Assembly (NCBI GenBank): GCA_963764165.1
Contig: CAVXRD010000002.1
Span: forward strand, 1,792,001 to 1,856,000
DNA from: an uncultured Verrucomicrobiae bacterium
Lineage (GTDB): Bacteria > Verrucomicrobiota > Verrucomicrobiia > Limisphaerales > Palsa-1400
Length of the DNA: 64,000 nt
Direction: 5' to 3'
In this document: piece after piece, positions 1 to 10,120 of the stretch
Layout: each line of letters opens with the position of its first letter
Numbering within the stretch: the stretch's first letter is position 1
Notes under the pieces: model-generated
Told to the model about the DNA's origin: nothing
The model's database searches: none
What the model saw: only the letters and a program-made list of their open reading frames with translations
Position numbers and translations under genes: made by a program

Positions 1-1
1 G

Positions 2-2329
2 CCGTTTCAAGGTGAAACGCTCTCCTCCATCCTGTCCCAGGTTCAGAACAATCCGCCCGTTCCGCCGCGCCGATTGAACCCCAGCATGCCGCCGGACTTG
101 CAAACCATCTGCTTGAAGTGTCTGCAAAAGGAACCCGGGCGGCGTTACGCCACCGCGCAGGCAATGGCCGAGGACCTCGGACGCTTTCTGAAAGGCGAAC
201 CCATTCAAGCCCGGCCTGTGCCACTGCTGGAACGGGCCTGGCTTTGGTGCCGCCGGCGTCCGTTGTTGGCGGCCATGACCGCCGGCCTGGCGGCGGCGGT
301 GATTTTTGGAGTGGCGGGAATTCTTTGGGAATGGCGACAGGCGGAGTCTCATGCGCAGGGCGAACGCCAGCAACGCCGGGTGGCCGAAAACATCGCCGCC
401 GAAACGCGGCTTAATCTTTACGCGGCGGACGCGGCCGTCGCCTCGCAGGCGATCCAAACTGGCGACTTGGGCCGCGCGCGCCGCACGCTGGACGCTTTGC
501 GGCCAAAACCGGGAGAAACGGATCTGCGCGGCTTTGAGTGGCGATACCTTTGGAATCTTTGCCGTGGCGCTGAATTGGCGACGCTGACGGGACATCACGG
601 AACCGTGAATTGCGCCGCGTTCTCGCCGGATGGAAAGCTCCTCGCCACCGGCAGCCATGACGGCACGGTCAGGATTTGGGAAATGGCGCGGCGCACATGC
701 GTCGCCACGCTCAACGCCACCACCTTTGCCGTATGGTCGGTCGCATTCACTCCCGACGGAAAGGGATTGATGGCGGCCAGCAATGATAAAGTTCAATTTT
801 GGGACACGGACTCGTGGCGCGGGTGCGCGAATTTTGCCGGCGGGCTGGCCGCGCTTTCCAAAACTGGCGACTTGCTGGCCGCGTCCGAATCGAGCCCGTT
901 TTACTGGGAACCGGCGGGGGCGGTGGCGCTTTGGAACTGGCGGACTGGAGCATTGATCCGCCGCTTTGAGAAACCCGGGCGCGCGCTGGCACTTGCATCC
1001 GACGGAGGCTCGCTAGCCGTTGCGGGCGCCGAAAGCGGCATCACGGTTTGGGACACAGCCACCGGAAAACGGGTGCGCGAGTGGACGACCAAAGAGCCGG
1101 TCTGGTCGCTTGACTTTTCACCGGATGGCCACCGCCTTCTTTCCGCTGGCTGGTCGAGTGACGTTTCCCTGTGGAGGCTGGACGAGCCCTCGCCGCAAAT
1201 TCTTTCCGGCCATCTGCTTCACGCGTGGTCGGCGGTTTTTTCCAAGGATGGCGCGACGATAGCCACGACCAGTTCAGACCAATCGGTGCGCCTATGGGAC
1301 ACCGCCACTCTCCAGCAGAAGGCGGTGTTGCGCGGCCATGACAGCGAAGTGTGGTGCGTTGCGTTCAGTCCGGATGGCAAACTCCTGGCCACCGGCGGCA
1401 AGGATCAAAATGTCATGCTTTGGTCCAGCGGGGCGGCTCATGGGCAAATGGCGCTGCCCCACGAGATGGTTTTCCGTCCCGTTTTCTCCCCAGACGGAAA
1501 GCGGATCGTCACGGCCAATCTATCCACCGACAGTTTCATGTTGCGGAACGCGGAGGACGGCGTCCCGTTGGCGGAAAACTTAGCCGAGGGCAGACAGGTC
1601 ATCGGTTTTTCCCCTGACGGAAAATGCGTTGCGACATTCAACTCCGGAGGTTGGACCTTGAATTTCTGGCTGCCGAAGGGAACCGCTCCGCAACGGGAAG
1701 TGGCGCTGGAAGGCATGACGGCGGAAAAAACAAAGTTCAGCTTCGTTGGCATGTCACCGGAGCAATCCATTTTCTTCGCCATTGACGCCAAGGGACTCAT
1801 TCATATCTGGAACTCGGACACAGGACGACTGTTGCGCGAAATCCAAGGCCCCATTCCCCCCATCCGCAACGCCGTGCTCTCGCTGCAAGGCAGGCAAATT
1901 GCCGTGAGCATCGAATCGGAAAATGTGGCGCGGCTTTACGACTGCGCCACGGGCGCGGAACGGGAGCTGGCGGGCCATCGCGATTTTGTGAGCGGCCTGG
2001 CCTTTGCGCCCGATGGCTCGACGCTCGCCACTGGCAGCGTGGACGGAACCATCCGATTGTGGAAGACGGCGGACGGCGGACTCATCGCCTCGCTGCCTGG
2101 CCACATGCAGGAAGCGACTGATGTCGCTTTTTCGCCGGACGGACGCACGCTGGCCTCTTTGGGCCGGAACGAATCGCTCAAGCTGTGGCATTTGCCGACG
2201 TTGCGGGAGGTGGTTTCCGAGAGCCTGCCGCATGCAGGGATGTGGCTGCGGTTTTCCCCGGATGGCCTGAAACTGGCCGTCGAGACAGGCACCAACGAAC
2301 TCCGCTTGCTGGCCGCTCCGGCCGAATAA
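2..2329 (+). CDS. Ser/Thr protein kinase with TM segment and C-terminal WD40 beta-propellers (5' partial, begins before the window)
   Basis: Frame is open from base 2 (PFQGETLSSILSQV...). Kinase C-lobe end 'DLQTICLKCLQKEPGRRYATAQAMAEDLGRFL', then a hydrophobic TM segment, the 'DLRGFEWRYL' linker and many GH...AFSPDG...LATGS.DGT.RIW WD40 repeats. Confidence 0.92.
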   Translation, partial: PFQGETLSSILSQVQNNPPVPPRRLNPSMPPDLQTICLKCLQKEPGRRYATAQAMAEDLGRFLKGEPIQARPVPLLERAWLWCRRRPLLAAMTAGLAAAVIFGVAGILWEWRQAESHAQGERQQRRVAENIAAETRLNLYAADAAVASQAIQTGDLGRARRTLDALRPKPGETDLRGFEWRYLWNLCRGAELATLTGHHGTVNCAAFSPDGKLLATGSHDGTVRIWEMARRTCVATLNATTFAVWSVAFTPDGKGLMAASNDKVQFWDTDSWRGCANFAGGLAALSKTGDLLAASESSPFYWEPAGAVALWNWRTGALIRRFEKPGRALALASDGGSLAVAGAESGITVWDTATGKRVREWTTKEPVWSLDFSPDGHRLLSAGWSSDVSLWRLDEPSPQILSGHLLHAWSAVFSKDGATIATTSSDQSVRLWDTATLQQKAVLRGHDSEVWCVAFSPDGKLLATGGKDQNVMLWSSGAAHGQMALPHEMVFRPVFSPDGKRIVTANLSTDSFMLRNAEDGVPLAENLAEGRQVIGFSPDGKCVATFNSGGWTLNFWLPKGTAPQREVALEGMTAEKTKFSFVGMSPEQSIFFAIDAKGLIHIWNSDTGRLLREIQGPIPPIRNAVLSLQGRQIAVSIESENVARLYDCATGAERELAGHRDFVSGLAFAPDGSTLATGSVDGTIRLWKTADGGLIASLPGHMQEATDVAFSPDGRTLASLGRNESLKLWHLPTLREVVSESLPHAGMWLRFSPDGLKLAVETGTNELRLLAAPAE

Positions 2330-2433
2330 CGAAACTTTGTAATCCCTCGTCCGCGTTTCTTCTTAGATAAGTAGGAATGGGTGCGTCCGCATCGTTGAGA
2401 GGCACGGTTCCGAAATTAAAAGCTGCAAAGGTT

Positions 2434-5100
2434 ATGAAAAACAAACTGAACCATGTCAACATCGCGCTGGCCTGCCTGGTGCTCTCAATTCTCGACTCCA
2501 AACTTTCCATCGTTCACGCCCAAGGCACAGCGTTTACTTATCAAGGCAATTTGGTGAGCGGCTCCAATGCCGCCAACGGAATCTACGACCTGACGTTTGA
2601 GCTGTTTAACGCCAGGAGTGGCGGCAGCGTGGTCGGCGGCACGTTTACCAATCTCGATGTCGGCGTGACCAACGGGCTGTTCACCGTCATCGCGGATTTT
2701 GGGGCTGTTTACAACGGCGCGTCTTGCTGGCTGGAGATAGGCGTGCGCACCAATGGCGGCACTAGCTTCACCGCCCTGGCTCCCCGCCAGGAGTTGACGC
2801 CGGTTCCGTATTCGGTCACGGCGCAAAACGTGACCGGCGCCATTGCCCTGACACAATTGCCCGCCGGAATGGTGACGAACAACGAAAGCGGTGTGACATT
2901 CAGCAACGTGACGGTGTCGGGCAATTTGTCGCTGCCATCGCCGGCGATCATTGAAACCGGCGGCGTCGGCCTTTTATACGCCGACAACCTGTATAACTTT
3001 TTTGCCGGGGTCGATGCGGGCAATGATGCTGTTACCGGCTATTACAACACGGGCGTTGGCTACGAAGCGCTTAACAACGTTACGAGCGCCAATTATAACA
3101 CTGCTTTCGGCATGCAGGCGTTGGAGAGCAGCACGACTGGCGCCATCAACACCGGCATCGGTGTTCAAGCCCTCTACCACAATACGACCGGCGTCTATAA
3201 CACGGCCGGCGGCGTGGATGCTCTTTTCTTGAACACCAACGGGAGCTACAACACCGCCGTCGGGGTGAGCGCTTTGGTTGACAACACAAGCGGGAGCAAC
3301 AACACCGCGCTTGGTTACGCGGCTGGGCAGAACATTGGCGCTGGCAGTTACAACATTGACATCGGCAATTCCGGCGTCGCCTCCGACAGCATGACTATTC
3401 GCATCGGCGATGCCCAGACCGCGACCTACATCGCCGGCGTGATCTACGGCGACGGCTCCGGCTTGAGCAATATATTTGGCGGCGCCTTGATCAATGGGAC
3501 TGCATCGCAAAGCTTTTTCGCTGGTCAATCCGCCGGAAACCAATCGGTGACAGGAGCTTTCAACACGGGCGTGGGTGATAGCGCGCTTTCCCTCGATTCG
3601 ACCGGCGCCAACAACTCGGCCGTCGGCTTCAAATCGCTGTGGAAGAACACCAGCGGCGGCGGCAACACGGCCTTGGGTTCTGATGTGCTGGCCTTCAACA
3701 CCACCGGCAACAACAACACGGCCGCGGGGCTTGGAGCGCTGGAATACAACAACAACAGCGACAACACCGCTTACGGAGCTTATGCGCTGAACAACAATAG
3801 TTCCGGGTTTCAGAACACGGCCGTCGGTTATGGCGCGCTTTCCACCAACACAAGCGGCAACTACAACACCGCCGCAGGCACGGGTGCGCTGGGCAACAAC
3901 ACGGCCTCCTATAACGCCGCCTTCGGCGCAGGCGCGCTGGGTCTCAACACCAGCGGCTCCGACAACGCCGCCGTTGGCGAGAGTGCGCTGGCATTCAACC
4001 AGACCGGTTCCAGCAACACGGCAGTTGGCTATGCTGCCTTGGCCTTGAATACGACGGGGGCCAATAACACGGCCGTTGGAATTTATGCGATGGGTGGAGC
4101 GATCTCGTCCAGCGGAGGGAACACAGCCATCGGTGGCATGAGCCTCAATGAAATCACCACCGGCTATAACAATACGGCCGCAGGCTATGACGCTTTGCAA
4201 GCGGATTCGACCGGCGTGGACAATGTGGGCATTGGGGTTGCCACCTTCCAAATGAATTCCGCCGGCTCGCTTAACACCGCTTGTGGCACTTATGCATTTC
4301 AGCACCTGACCGCGGGCAACGGCAACATTGGGCTCGGTTACGCCGCCGGCTACAGCCTGGATACCGGCACCAATAACATTTATATCGGCAACGAGGGCGG
4401 GGAAAACGAAAACGAAACGATCCGCATCGGAAGCGGCCAAAGCCAGACTTACCTCTCCGGCGCAGTTGAGTTAGACGGATACTCCACTGACAACGGACTG
4501 ACTTACAGTGCGAACGCGCTGCTGCCTGGCCCCTTCCCTGGCGATGGAGTTTTTGTTTACGGTTATAATGGCGGCGCGCTGGGCACCACCGTTCCGACTG
4601 AAGTTGCTTTAAGCTGGGATTTTAATGGCAACATTTGGGTGAGCAACAACCTTTCCACAGCATCAATAACTATCCGAGGCGGCTCGGACTTGGCCGAACC
4701 TTTCAAAATCACTCCAGGCAAAGACGACGCTCCAGAAGGCTCTGTAATGGTAATTGACGAGGAAAATCCGGGGCGCTTGAAAACGAGCAGCCTGCCTTAC
4801 GACACGCGCGTGGCGGGCATTCTCAGTGGCGCCAACGGCGTCCATCCAGGCATTTCGATGCAACAGGAAGGCGCTCTTGAGGGCGGGCGAAACGTCGCGC
4901 TGACCGGGCGCGTCTATGTTCAAGCCGACGCCTCCAACGGGCCGATCAAACCGGGCGACTTGCTCACCACGTCCAGCGCGCCGGGCCGGGCCATGAAGGT
5001 TACCGATCACGTCCGCGCTCAAGGTGCTATTCTGGGCAAAGCTATGTCGAGTTTAAGCGAAGGCAATGGCATGGTATTGGTGCTGGTCACATTACAGTAA
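2434..5100 (+). CDS. Secreted fibre/adhesin-like repeat protein with C-terminal intramolecular-chaperone (peptidase G2-like) domain
   Basis: Signal peptide then 'AQGTAFTYQG'. About 14-aa repeats (NTAVGxxALxxNTxG). C-terminal 'IRGGSDLAEPF...GSVMVID...YDTRVAGILSG...VALTGRVYV'. Likely start is ATG 2434 (MKNKLN) rather than 2377. Confidence 0.75.
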   Translation: MKNKLNHVNIALACLVLSILDSKLSIVHAQGTAFTYQGNLVSGSNAANGIYDLTFELFNARSGGSVVGGTFTNLDVGVTNGLFTVIADFGAVYNGASCWLEIGVRTNGGTSFTALAPRQELTPVPYSVTAQNVTGAIALTQLPAGMVTNNESGVTFSNVTVSGNLSLPSPAIIETGGVGLLYADNLYNFFAGVDAGNDAVTGYYNTGVGYEALNNVTSANYNTAFGMQALESSTTGAINTGIGVQALYHNTTGVYNTAGGVDALFLNTNGSYNTAVGVSALVDNTSGSNNTALGYAAGQNIGAGSYNIDIGNSGVASDSMTIRIGDAQTATYIAGVIYGDGSGLSNIFGGALINGTASQSFFAGQSAGNQSVTGAFNTGVGDSALSLDSTGANNSAVGFKSLWKNTSGGGNTALGSDVLAFNTTGNNNTAAGLGALEYNNNSDNTAYGAYALNNNSSGFQNTAVGYGALSTNTSGNYNTAAGTGALGNNTASYNAAFGAGALGLNTSGSDNAAVGESALAFNQTGSSNTAVGYAALALNTTGANNTAVGIYAMGGAISSSGGNTAIGGMSLNEITTGYNNTAAGYDALQADSTGVDNVGIGVATFQMNSAGSLNTACGTYAFQHLTAGNGNIGLGYAAGYSLDTGTNNIYIGNEGGENENETIRIGSGQSQTYLSGAVELDGYSTDNGLTYSANALLPGPFPGDGVFVYGYNGGALGTTVPTEVALSWDFNGNIWVSNNLSTASITIRGGSDLAEPFKITPGKDDAPEGSVMVIDEENPGRLKTSSLPYDTRVAGILSGANGVHPGISMQQEGALEGGRNVALTGRVYVQADASNGPIKPGDLLTTSSAPGRAMKVTDHVRAQGAILGKAMSSLSEGNGMVLVLVTLQ

Positions 5101-5150
5101 TCATTCATGCAAATGAAAAGTTACCCTAACCTTGCTTTAGGAGCTGATTT

Positions 5151-6854
5151 ATGAGAATAAGAATGATTCTTCCGGCCCTCCTGGCGCTATGCGCCTTGGG
5201 AAGGCCCAACCAGGCTGCCGCTTCAGGATGGGTGCAAGTCGCAACGCCTCCCCCCTCTATCTCTACCAACTACAGCTTCGTGACCATGCTGCTGCTGCTT
5301 CCCGACGCCACCGTCATGGCGCAGATTAACAACAGCTCAAACTGGTTCAGGCTGGTGCCGGATTCAACCGGGCATTATGTCAACGGAACCTGGAACACCA
5401 ACGTCGCGCCCGCGAGCTATAACCGAACCTATTTCGCGTCCGACGTGCTGCCAAGCGGCAAGGTCTTTATGGCTGGCGGCGAGTATGGCAATGGCAAGGA
5501 TTACACGGAAATCTACGACCCCGTCCACAATTCCTGGACCGAGTACGGCGCGGCCGGTTTTGGAGGTTTTGCCGATGCGGATAGTGTGGTCCTGAGCGAT
5601 GGCCAGGTGCTGCTGGAGCCGCAGGCTGCCAGCAGCCCTGATGGTTCAGACACCTTCATTTTTAATCCCGCCACCGGCACCTATAGCTCACCCATAGCAC
5701 CATTGAACGATCTTCATGAGTCCACTTGGGTTAAGCTGCCCAACAACGACATTTTGACGGTGGACTCTGATGGTTCCTCCTACGGCGCGTTTACGTCCGA
5801 GGCTTTCTCCCAGGCCAGCAGCACTTGGATTAGCACTGGGGAGTTGCCGGTTTCCATTTGGGACGATCTGCCGGTGGCGGGTGTCGTCGGAGAGACCGGA
5901 CCGGCTCTCCTCCTGGCCAACGGCAATGCGATTTTCTTCGGCGGCTCCGGGCACACGGCAATCTACAATCCGACGACAAAAGCATGGACTCAAGGCCCTG
6001 ACATCCCGCAAGGGGTCTGCGCGGATGCGCCCGGCGCCATCATGAACAATGGCAAAGTTTTGCTGGTGACCCAAAATACTGTGGACACCACCAATCAGAT
6101 CTGGAAGGGGCCGATTTATTTTTACGAGTACGATCCCACCGTTGGCTCAACTGGCAGTTTTACGCAGCTTCAGGCGCCGGGATCCAGCAACTACACCAAC
6201 AGTGGAGACTCCTACCAGGCTGTCATGCTTGCCTTGCCGGACGGCAATATCCTCTACGCCAATGACTCCACCCGCCAATCCCTCTATGTGTTCGAGCCGG
6301 ACAGCGGGCCGCTGGCGGCTGGCCAGCCCACCGTCTATTCAACGGCGTGGAACCCGGACGGCTCTTTGCTCATAAGCGGCACTCTGTTCAATGGCATCTC
6401 CCAAGGCGCTTCCTACGGGGACGATGCGCAAATGGACAGCAATTATCCGCTGGCCCGCTTCACGGACAGCAGCGGCAAGGTTTATTATGGCCGCACTTAC
6501 AATTGGAGCAGCACCAGCGTGCAGACTGGCGGCCAGGTCATAACGACGCAATGCACAGTGCCGGCGAATATTTATGACGGCCCGGGAACTTATACTTTGC
6601 AAATCGTGGCCAATGGCAATGCCTCTTCTGGCATCACCTTTGATGGGCCGGTCTGGGTTGATTTCAACTACAGCCCCAGCTCTCCCCAGTTGGGCACCTA
6701 CAGCAACCCCTACTCGACACTATCCCAGGGAGTGAGTGCGGTGGCAACAGGCGGGACGATTTTGGTCAAGCCTGGCTCCAGTTCGGAGACCCTCTCCATT
6801 ACAAAGGCGATGACAATCACCGCCGTTGCCGGCTCGGCCATGGTGGGAGATTAA
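5151..6854 (+). CDS. Secreted Kelch/galactose-oxidase-like beta-propeller protein
   Basis: Signal peptide; repeats LxDGxVL / GGEYG / EIYDP..NSW; C-terminal 'GTYSNPYSTLSQGVSAV..GGTI' domain. Confidence 0.7.
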   Translation: MRIRMILPALLALCALGRPNQAAASGWVQVATPPPSISTNYSFVTMLLLLPDATVMAQINNSSNWFRLVPDSTGHYVNGTWNTNVAPASYNRTYFASDVLPSGKVFMAGGEYGNGKDYTEIYDPVHNSWTEYGAAGFGGFADADSVVLSDGQVLLEPQAASSPDGSDTFIFNPATGTYSSPIAPLNDLHESTWVKLPNNDILTVDSDGSSYGAFTSEAFSQASSTWISTGELPVSIWDDLPVAGVVGETGPALLLANGNAIFFGGSGHTAIYNPTTKAWTQGPDIPQGVCADAPGAIMNNGKVLLVTQNTVDTTNQIWKGPIYFYEYDPTVGSTGSFTQLQAPGSSNYTNSGDSYQAVMLALPDGNILYANDSTRQSLYVFEPDSGPLAAGQPTVYSTAWNPDGSLLISGTLFNGISQGASYGDDAQMDSNYPLARFTDSSGKVYYGRTYNWSSTSVQTGGQVITTQCTVPANIYDGPGTYTLQIVANGNASSGITFDGPVWVDFNYSPSSPQLGTYSNPYSTLSQGVSAVATGGTILVKPGSSSETLSITKAMTITAVAGSAMVGD

Positions 6855-6879
6855 AAGGGTTGGCCAAGGCTAAGCTTTT

Positions 6880-8838
6880 ATGGCCGCGATGAAAATGAGC
6901 TTGGCTGCCACCGCGGTTCTATGTGGGTGGGCGCTGGCATTTGAGGCCTGCGCCCAGGATGACGACTCCTTGGGCGGCCCGAATATAGGTGAGCGATTGT
7001 TCTTGGAAACCCGCTTCGCGCAGTTTTTTTTCACCAATTCGGGAGGGAATGCCAATGCTGTCTTGACCAACGGCGACCCAGTCATGAACGTCACGGCATC
7101 CCCCATTTACGGAAATCTGCCAGGACCTTTCGCCGGGCAATCCATGAACTGCCGCGCCTGCCATCTTGTTGAAGAGCATGAAAGCACCGGCAATCGGACT
7201 TATTGCGATTTCGCCAGCCGAAGCCCCATCCCCAATATCGGCGATGGGCGCGCGACCGCCACGCGCAATGCCATGCCATTGGTCGACGCCCTGCTGCCGC
7301 GCCCGACTCCCTTGTTCCTGCACAACGACGGACAATTTACGACCCCCCAGGACCTGATTGTCGGCACGCTCACCGGGCGGAATTTCGGCTGGCAGCCCGC
7401 GGAGTACGCCACGGCCATTCATCACATTGCCAGCATTATCAGGAACGACGACGGCACGGGCGGGTTGGCGCAACAGTACGGCGGTTGGTCTTACAAGGTC
7501 GCTTTTGAAGGGCTGCCAATGGTGCAGTCGCAGTACCTTATCCCGGGCCAGAATCGCATGGATGTGGCCGTCACCGACACCAACAGCCTTTTCTACGTGA
7601 ACGACGAGCAAATTGTGCAAAATATTGCCTCGTTGATCCAGCAGTATTTGGAGACATTGGTATTCTCCCAAGACACGAACGGCGCATTCAACGGCTCGCC
7701 TTTCGACGTTTTTTTGATTAAAAACGGACTGCCCCAGCAACCGGACCCAAATGAATCGCCGCTCCAATACGGGCGCCGATTGCTTCGACTCGTGGCCGGA
7801 CTATCCAATCCTCAATGGGTCACGGACCCGGCGGACGGCGTCTTTTTAACCAATGCCAAAGGCCAGCTATTTCAATTCGGCACCAATGAGCTTGCCGGGA
7901 TGGAGATATTTTTTATGGACAGCGCGAGTCTCGCCATAGCCACCAACCTGCAGCAAAAAGGCATCACCACTGGAATCGAAGTGGGAAATTGCATTGCCTG
8001 CCACTCGCCGCCGGCCTTCACCGATTTTCTTTTCCACAACACCGGGGCGGCGCAGGTGGAATACGACGCCATCTTTGGCGCCGGTTCGTTCATGGCGCTG
8101 CCCGTGCCGGGCTTGGGTCAGCGCCAGACCAATTACAACGCCTGCTTGCCCCCGACCACCAACCATCCTTACGCCTCGGGTTTGTATGATTTGCCACCGG
8201 CGACGGGCAGCCCCGGCCAGGCAGATTTGGGGTTATGGAATGTTTTTGCCAACCCTGACTTCCCGGCCCCGCAAGCCGGACTGCAACAAATTTTGCCGCT
8301 GCTGCTGTCAGTGCCGCAGCCGCAAATCACCGTGGCGGGAATGAGCGGGAGTCATTTTTTCCTTGGCGGCACAAACGGTTCGCCGGGCTGGTCCTATTAT
8401 GTGCTGGCCTCGACCAATCTCTCCATCCCGCTGGGCAGTTGGGCTGTCATCGCGACGAATACCTTCGACGGCGGCGGCCAGTTTGGCTTCACTAACACCG
8501 CGACCTCCGATCAGCCAAAGGAGTTTTACGCGATTTCTCTTGGCACTTTGCCGCCGGAGGCGGCGCTCCCAGGAACCATCGGCCTTTTCAAGACTCCCGG
8601 TGTTCGCGACCTCGTGAGTTCCGAGCCTTACCTGCATACGGGGCAGATGTATAGCATCGAAGATGTCATCAATTTCTATCTGACCACTTCTAGCAACGCT
8701 CGTGCCGGTGCTGTCAGGAATGCCGACCCCAAGTTGAGCGGCATCTCGTTGGATAGCTCTGCCGTGGCTCCACTGGCTGCGTTTTTACGCGCGCTAAACG
8801 AATCGGACTACGCCGATATTCCGTGTCCCTGCCAGTAG
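6880..8838 (+). CDS. Di-haem cytochrome c peroxidase / MauG-superfamily protein
   Basis: Signal peptide, 'IGERLF', two CxxCH motifs (CRACH, CIACH), 'RNAMPL', 'FTDFLFHNTG', 'FKTPGVRDL..SEPYLHTG...IEDVINFY', 'LAAFLRALN'. Confidence 0.85.
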   Translation: MAAMKMSLAATAVLCGWALAFEACAQDDDSLGGPNIGERLFLETRFAQFFFTNSGGNANAVLTNGDPVMNVTASPIYGNLPGPFAGQSMNCRACHLVEEHESTGNRTYCDFASRSPIPNIGDGRATATRNAMPLVDALLPRPTPLFLHNDGQFTTPQDLIVGTLTGRNFGWQPAEYATAIHHIASIIRNDDGTGGLAQQYGGWSYKVAFEGLPMVQSQYLIPGQNRMDVAVTDTNSLFYVNDEQIVQNIASLIQQYLETLVFSQDTNGAFNGSPFDVFLIKNGLPQQPDPNESPLQYGRRLLRLVAGLSNPQWVTDPADGVFLTNAKGQLFQFGTNELAGMEIFFMDSASLAIATNLQQKGITTGIEVGNCIACHSPPAFTDFLFHNTGAAQVEYDAIFGAGSFMALPVPGLGQRQTNYNACLPPTTNHPYASGLYDLPPATGSPGQADLGLWNVFANPDFPAPQAGLQQILPLLLSVPQPQITVAGMSGSHFFLGGTNGSPGWSYYVLASTNLSIPLGSWAVIATNTFDGGGQFGFTNTATSDQPKEFYAISLGTLPPEAALPGTIGLFKTPGVRDLVSSEPYLHTGQMYSIEDVINFYLTTSSNARAGAVRNADPKLSGISLDSSAVAPLAAFLRALNESDYADIPCPCQ

Positions 8839-8850
8839 AGTTGGTCGTAT

Positions 8851-10065
8851 ATGAACAAAAGGCGCAAATCAAGTTTTGGTAGAGACGGCTTTGGGAAGCG
8901 GAACATCCGCCCAAGGAGTCTGGTTGCGAGGAATCGATGCCGCGGCGTGCGTGCGAATCATGCCTCACCCCGAACGCCTCGGCGAGGTGTCCCTACCTTT
9001 CAGAGGCATTGTCAAAATTGGGGCGGCGGGCTGGCGCTTGCTTTGCTTTTAGCCCTTCCCTGCGTGATGCAGGCCCAATTCCTTTTCACCACCAACAGCG
9101 GCGCGCTGACGCTGGCACACTACACGGGCCCCGGCGGAGCGGTCACCGTGCCCGACTATACCAATGGACTGCCCGTCACCAGCATTGGCGCCAATGCGTT
9201 CCAGAACTGCACAGACCTGTTGAGCATCGATATAAGCACGAATGTGACTAACATTGGTGATGGGGCGTTCATGAATTGCTACGGTCTGGAGGACATTACA
9301 ATACCCGACAGCGTTGTCACGATTGGAGCGGAGTCGTTCGACTACTGCTATAACATGACCAGCGTCACGTTCGGAACCAATGTGGCCAGCATCGGAGAAG
9401 GGGCGTTCTATGTATGCTTCAGCCTGGGTTGCATCACGATTCCGGACAGCGTAACGAACATCGGCGAATTTGCGTTCGGATTTTGTGGCAGCCTGTGCGG
9501 CGTTGCGATGGGCGCGAATGTGGCCAGCATTGGGGCGAGTGCCTTTTTCGGCTGCTCCAGTCTGACGAGCGTCGAAATGGGCGCCAACGTCGCAAGCATT
9601 GGGGGCGAGGCGTTCGGTGGCTGCCTCAGCCTGCCCAGTGTGACCCTGCCCAGCACAATCACCAATCTCGGGATCGACGCTTTCGGGGATTGCTCAAGTT
9701 TGACCAATGTCTCTTTCCTAGGCAATTCTCCTGGCTCCGATACGTCCGCGTTCGCCGGCGATACCAATGCAGTCGTTTACTATCAGCCCAATACCACCGG
9801 CTGGGGAGCATCTTTTGGCGGCGCGCCTACGTGGAATCCGCAAATCCAGACACTCGGCGGCAGCCTCGGAATGGAGAATCATCAATTCGGATTCAATATC
9901 ACTGGCAACAGCAATCTGGTGGTGGTGGTGGAAGCCAGCACAGGCCTGGCCAATCCAGCATGGCAAGCAGTCCAGACTGTCACCCTCAACGGCCAGCCCT
10001 GCCATTTCTTTGATCCCCAATGGACGAATTATCTCTGTCGCTTTTATCGACTCCGATCCCCCTGA
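8851..10065 (+). CDS. BspA-type leucine-rich-repeat surface protein
   Basis: Repeats 'IPDSVxxIGxxAFxxCxxL'; signal ending 'MQA/QF'; C-terminal 'FGFNITG...VVVEASTGL..P.W...FYRLRSP' module. The N-terminus reads through a palindromic repeat. Confidence 0.88.
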   Translation: MNKRRKSSFGRDGFGKRNIRPRSLVARNRCRGVRANHASPRTPRRGVPTFQRHCQNWGGGLALALLLALPCVMQAQFLFTTNSGALTLAHYTGPGGAVTVPDYTNGLPVTSIGANAFQNCTDLLSIDISTNVTNIGDGAFMNCYGLEDITIPDSVVTIGAESFDYCYNMTSVTFGTNVASIGEGAFYVCFSLGCITIPDSVTNIGEFAFGFCGSLCGVAMGANVASIGASAFFGCSSLTSVEMGANVASIGGEAFGGCLSLPSVTLPSTITNLGIDAFGDCSSLTNVSFLGNSPGSDTSAFAGDTNAVVYYQPNTTGWGASFGGAPTWNPQIQTLGGSLGMENHQFGFNITGNSNLVVVVEASTGLANPAWQAVQTVTLNGQPCHFFDPQWTNYLCRFYRLRSP

Positions 10066-10120
10066 TGAACCATGTTCCTAAACGCCCCGCGCCAACTGGC
10101 TGAATCTACTCACGCATATT

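Noticed and set aside
3030..4400. Periodic AACACxGCC repeats as a possible CRISPR or DNA repeat array
   Set aside because: Degenerate at third codon positions; explained by the 14-aa protein repeat; no constant repeat-spacer structure or cas genes
2974..4440. Long antisense ORFs (488 aa here; also 20170-21555, 33318-34589, 45974-47059)
   Set aside because: Shadows of well-supported genes on the opposite strand in GC-rich DNA; no motifs
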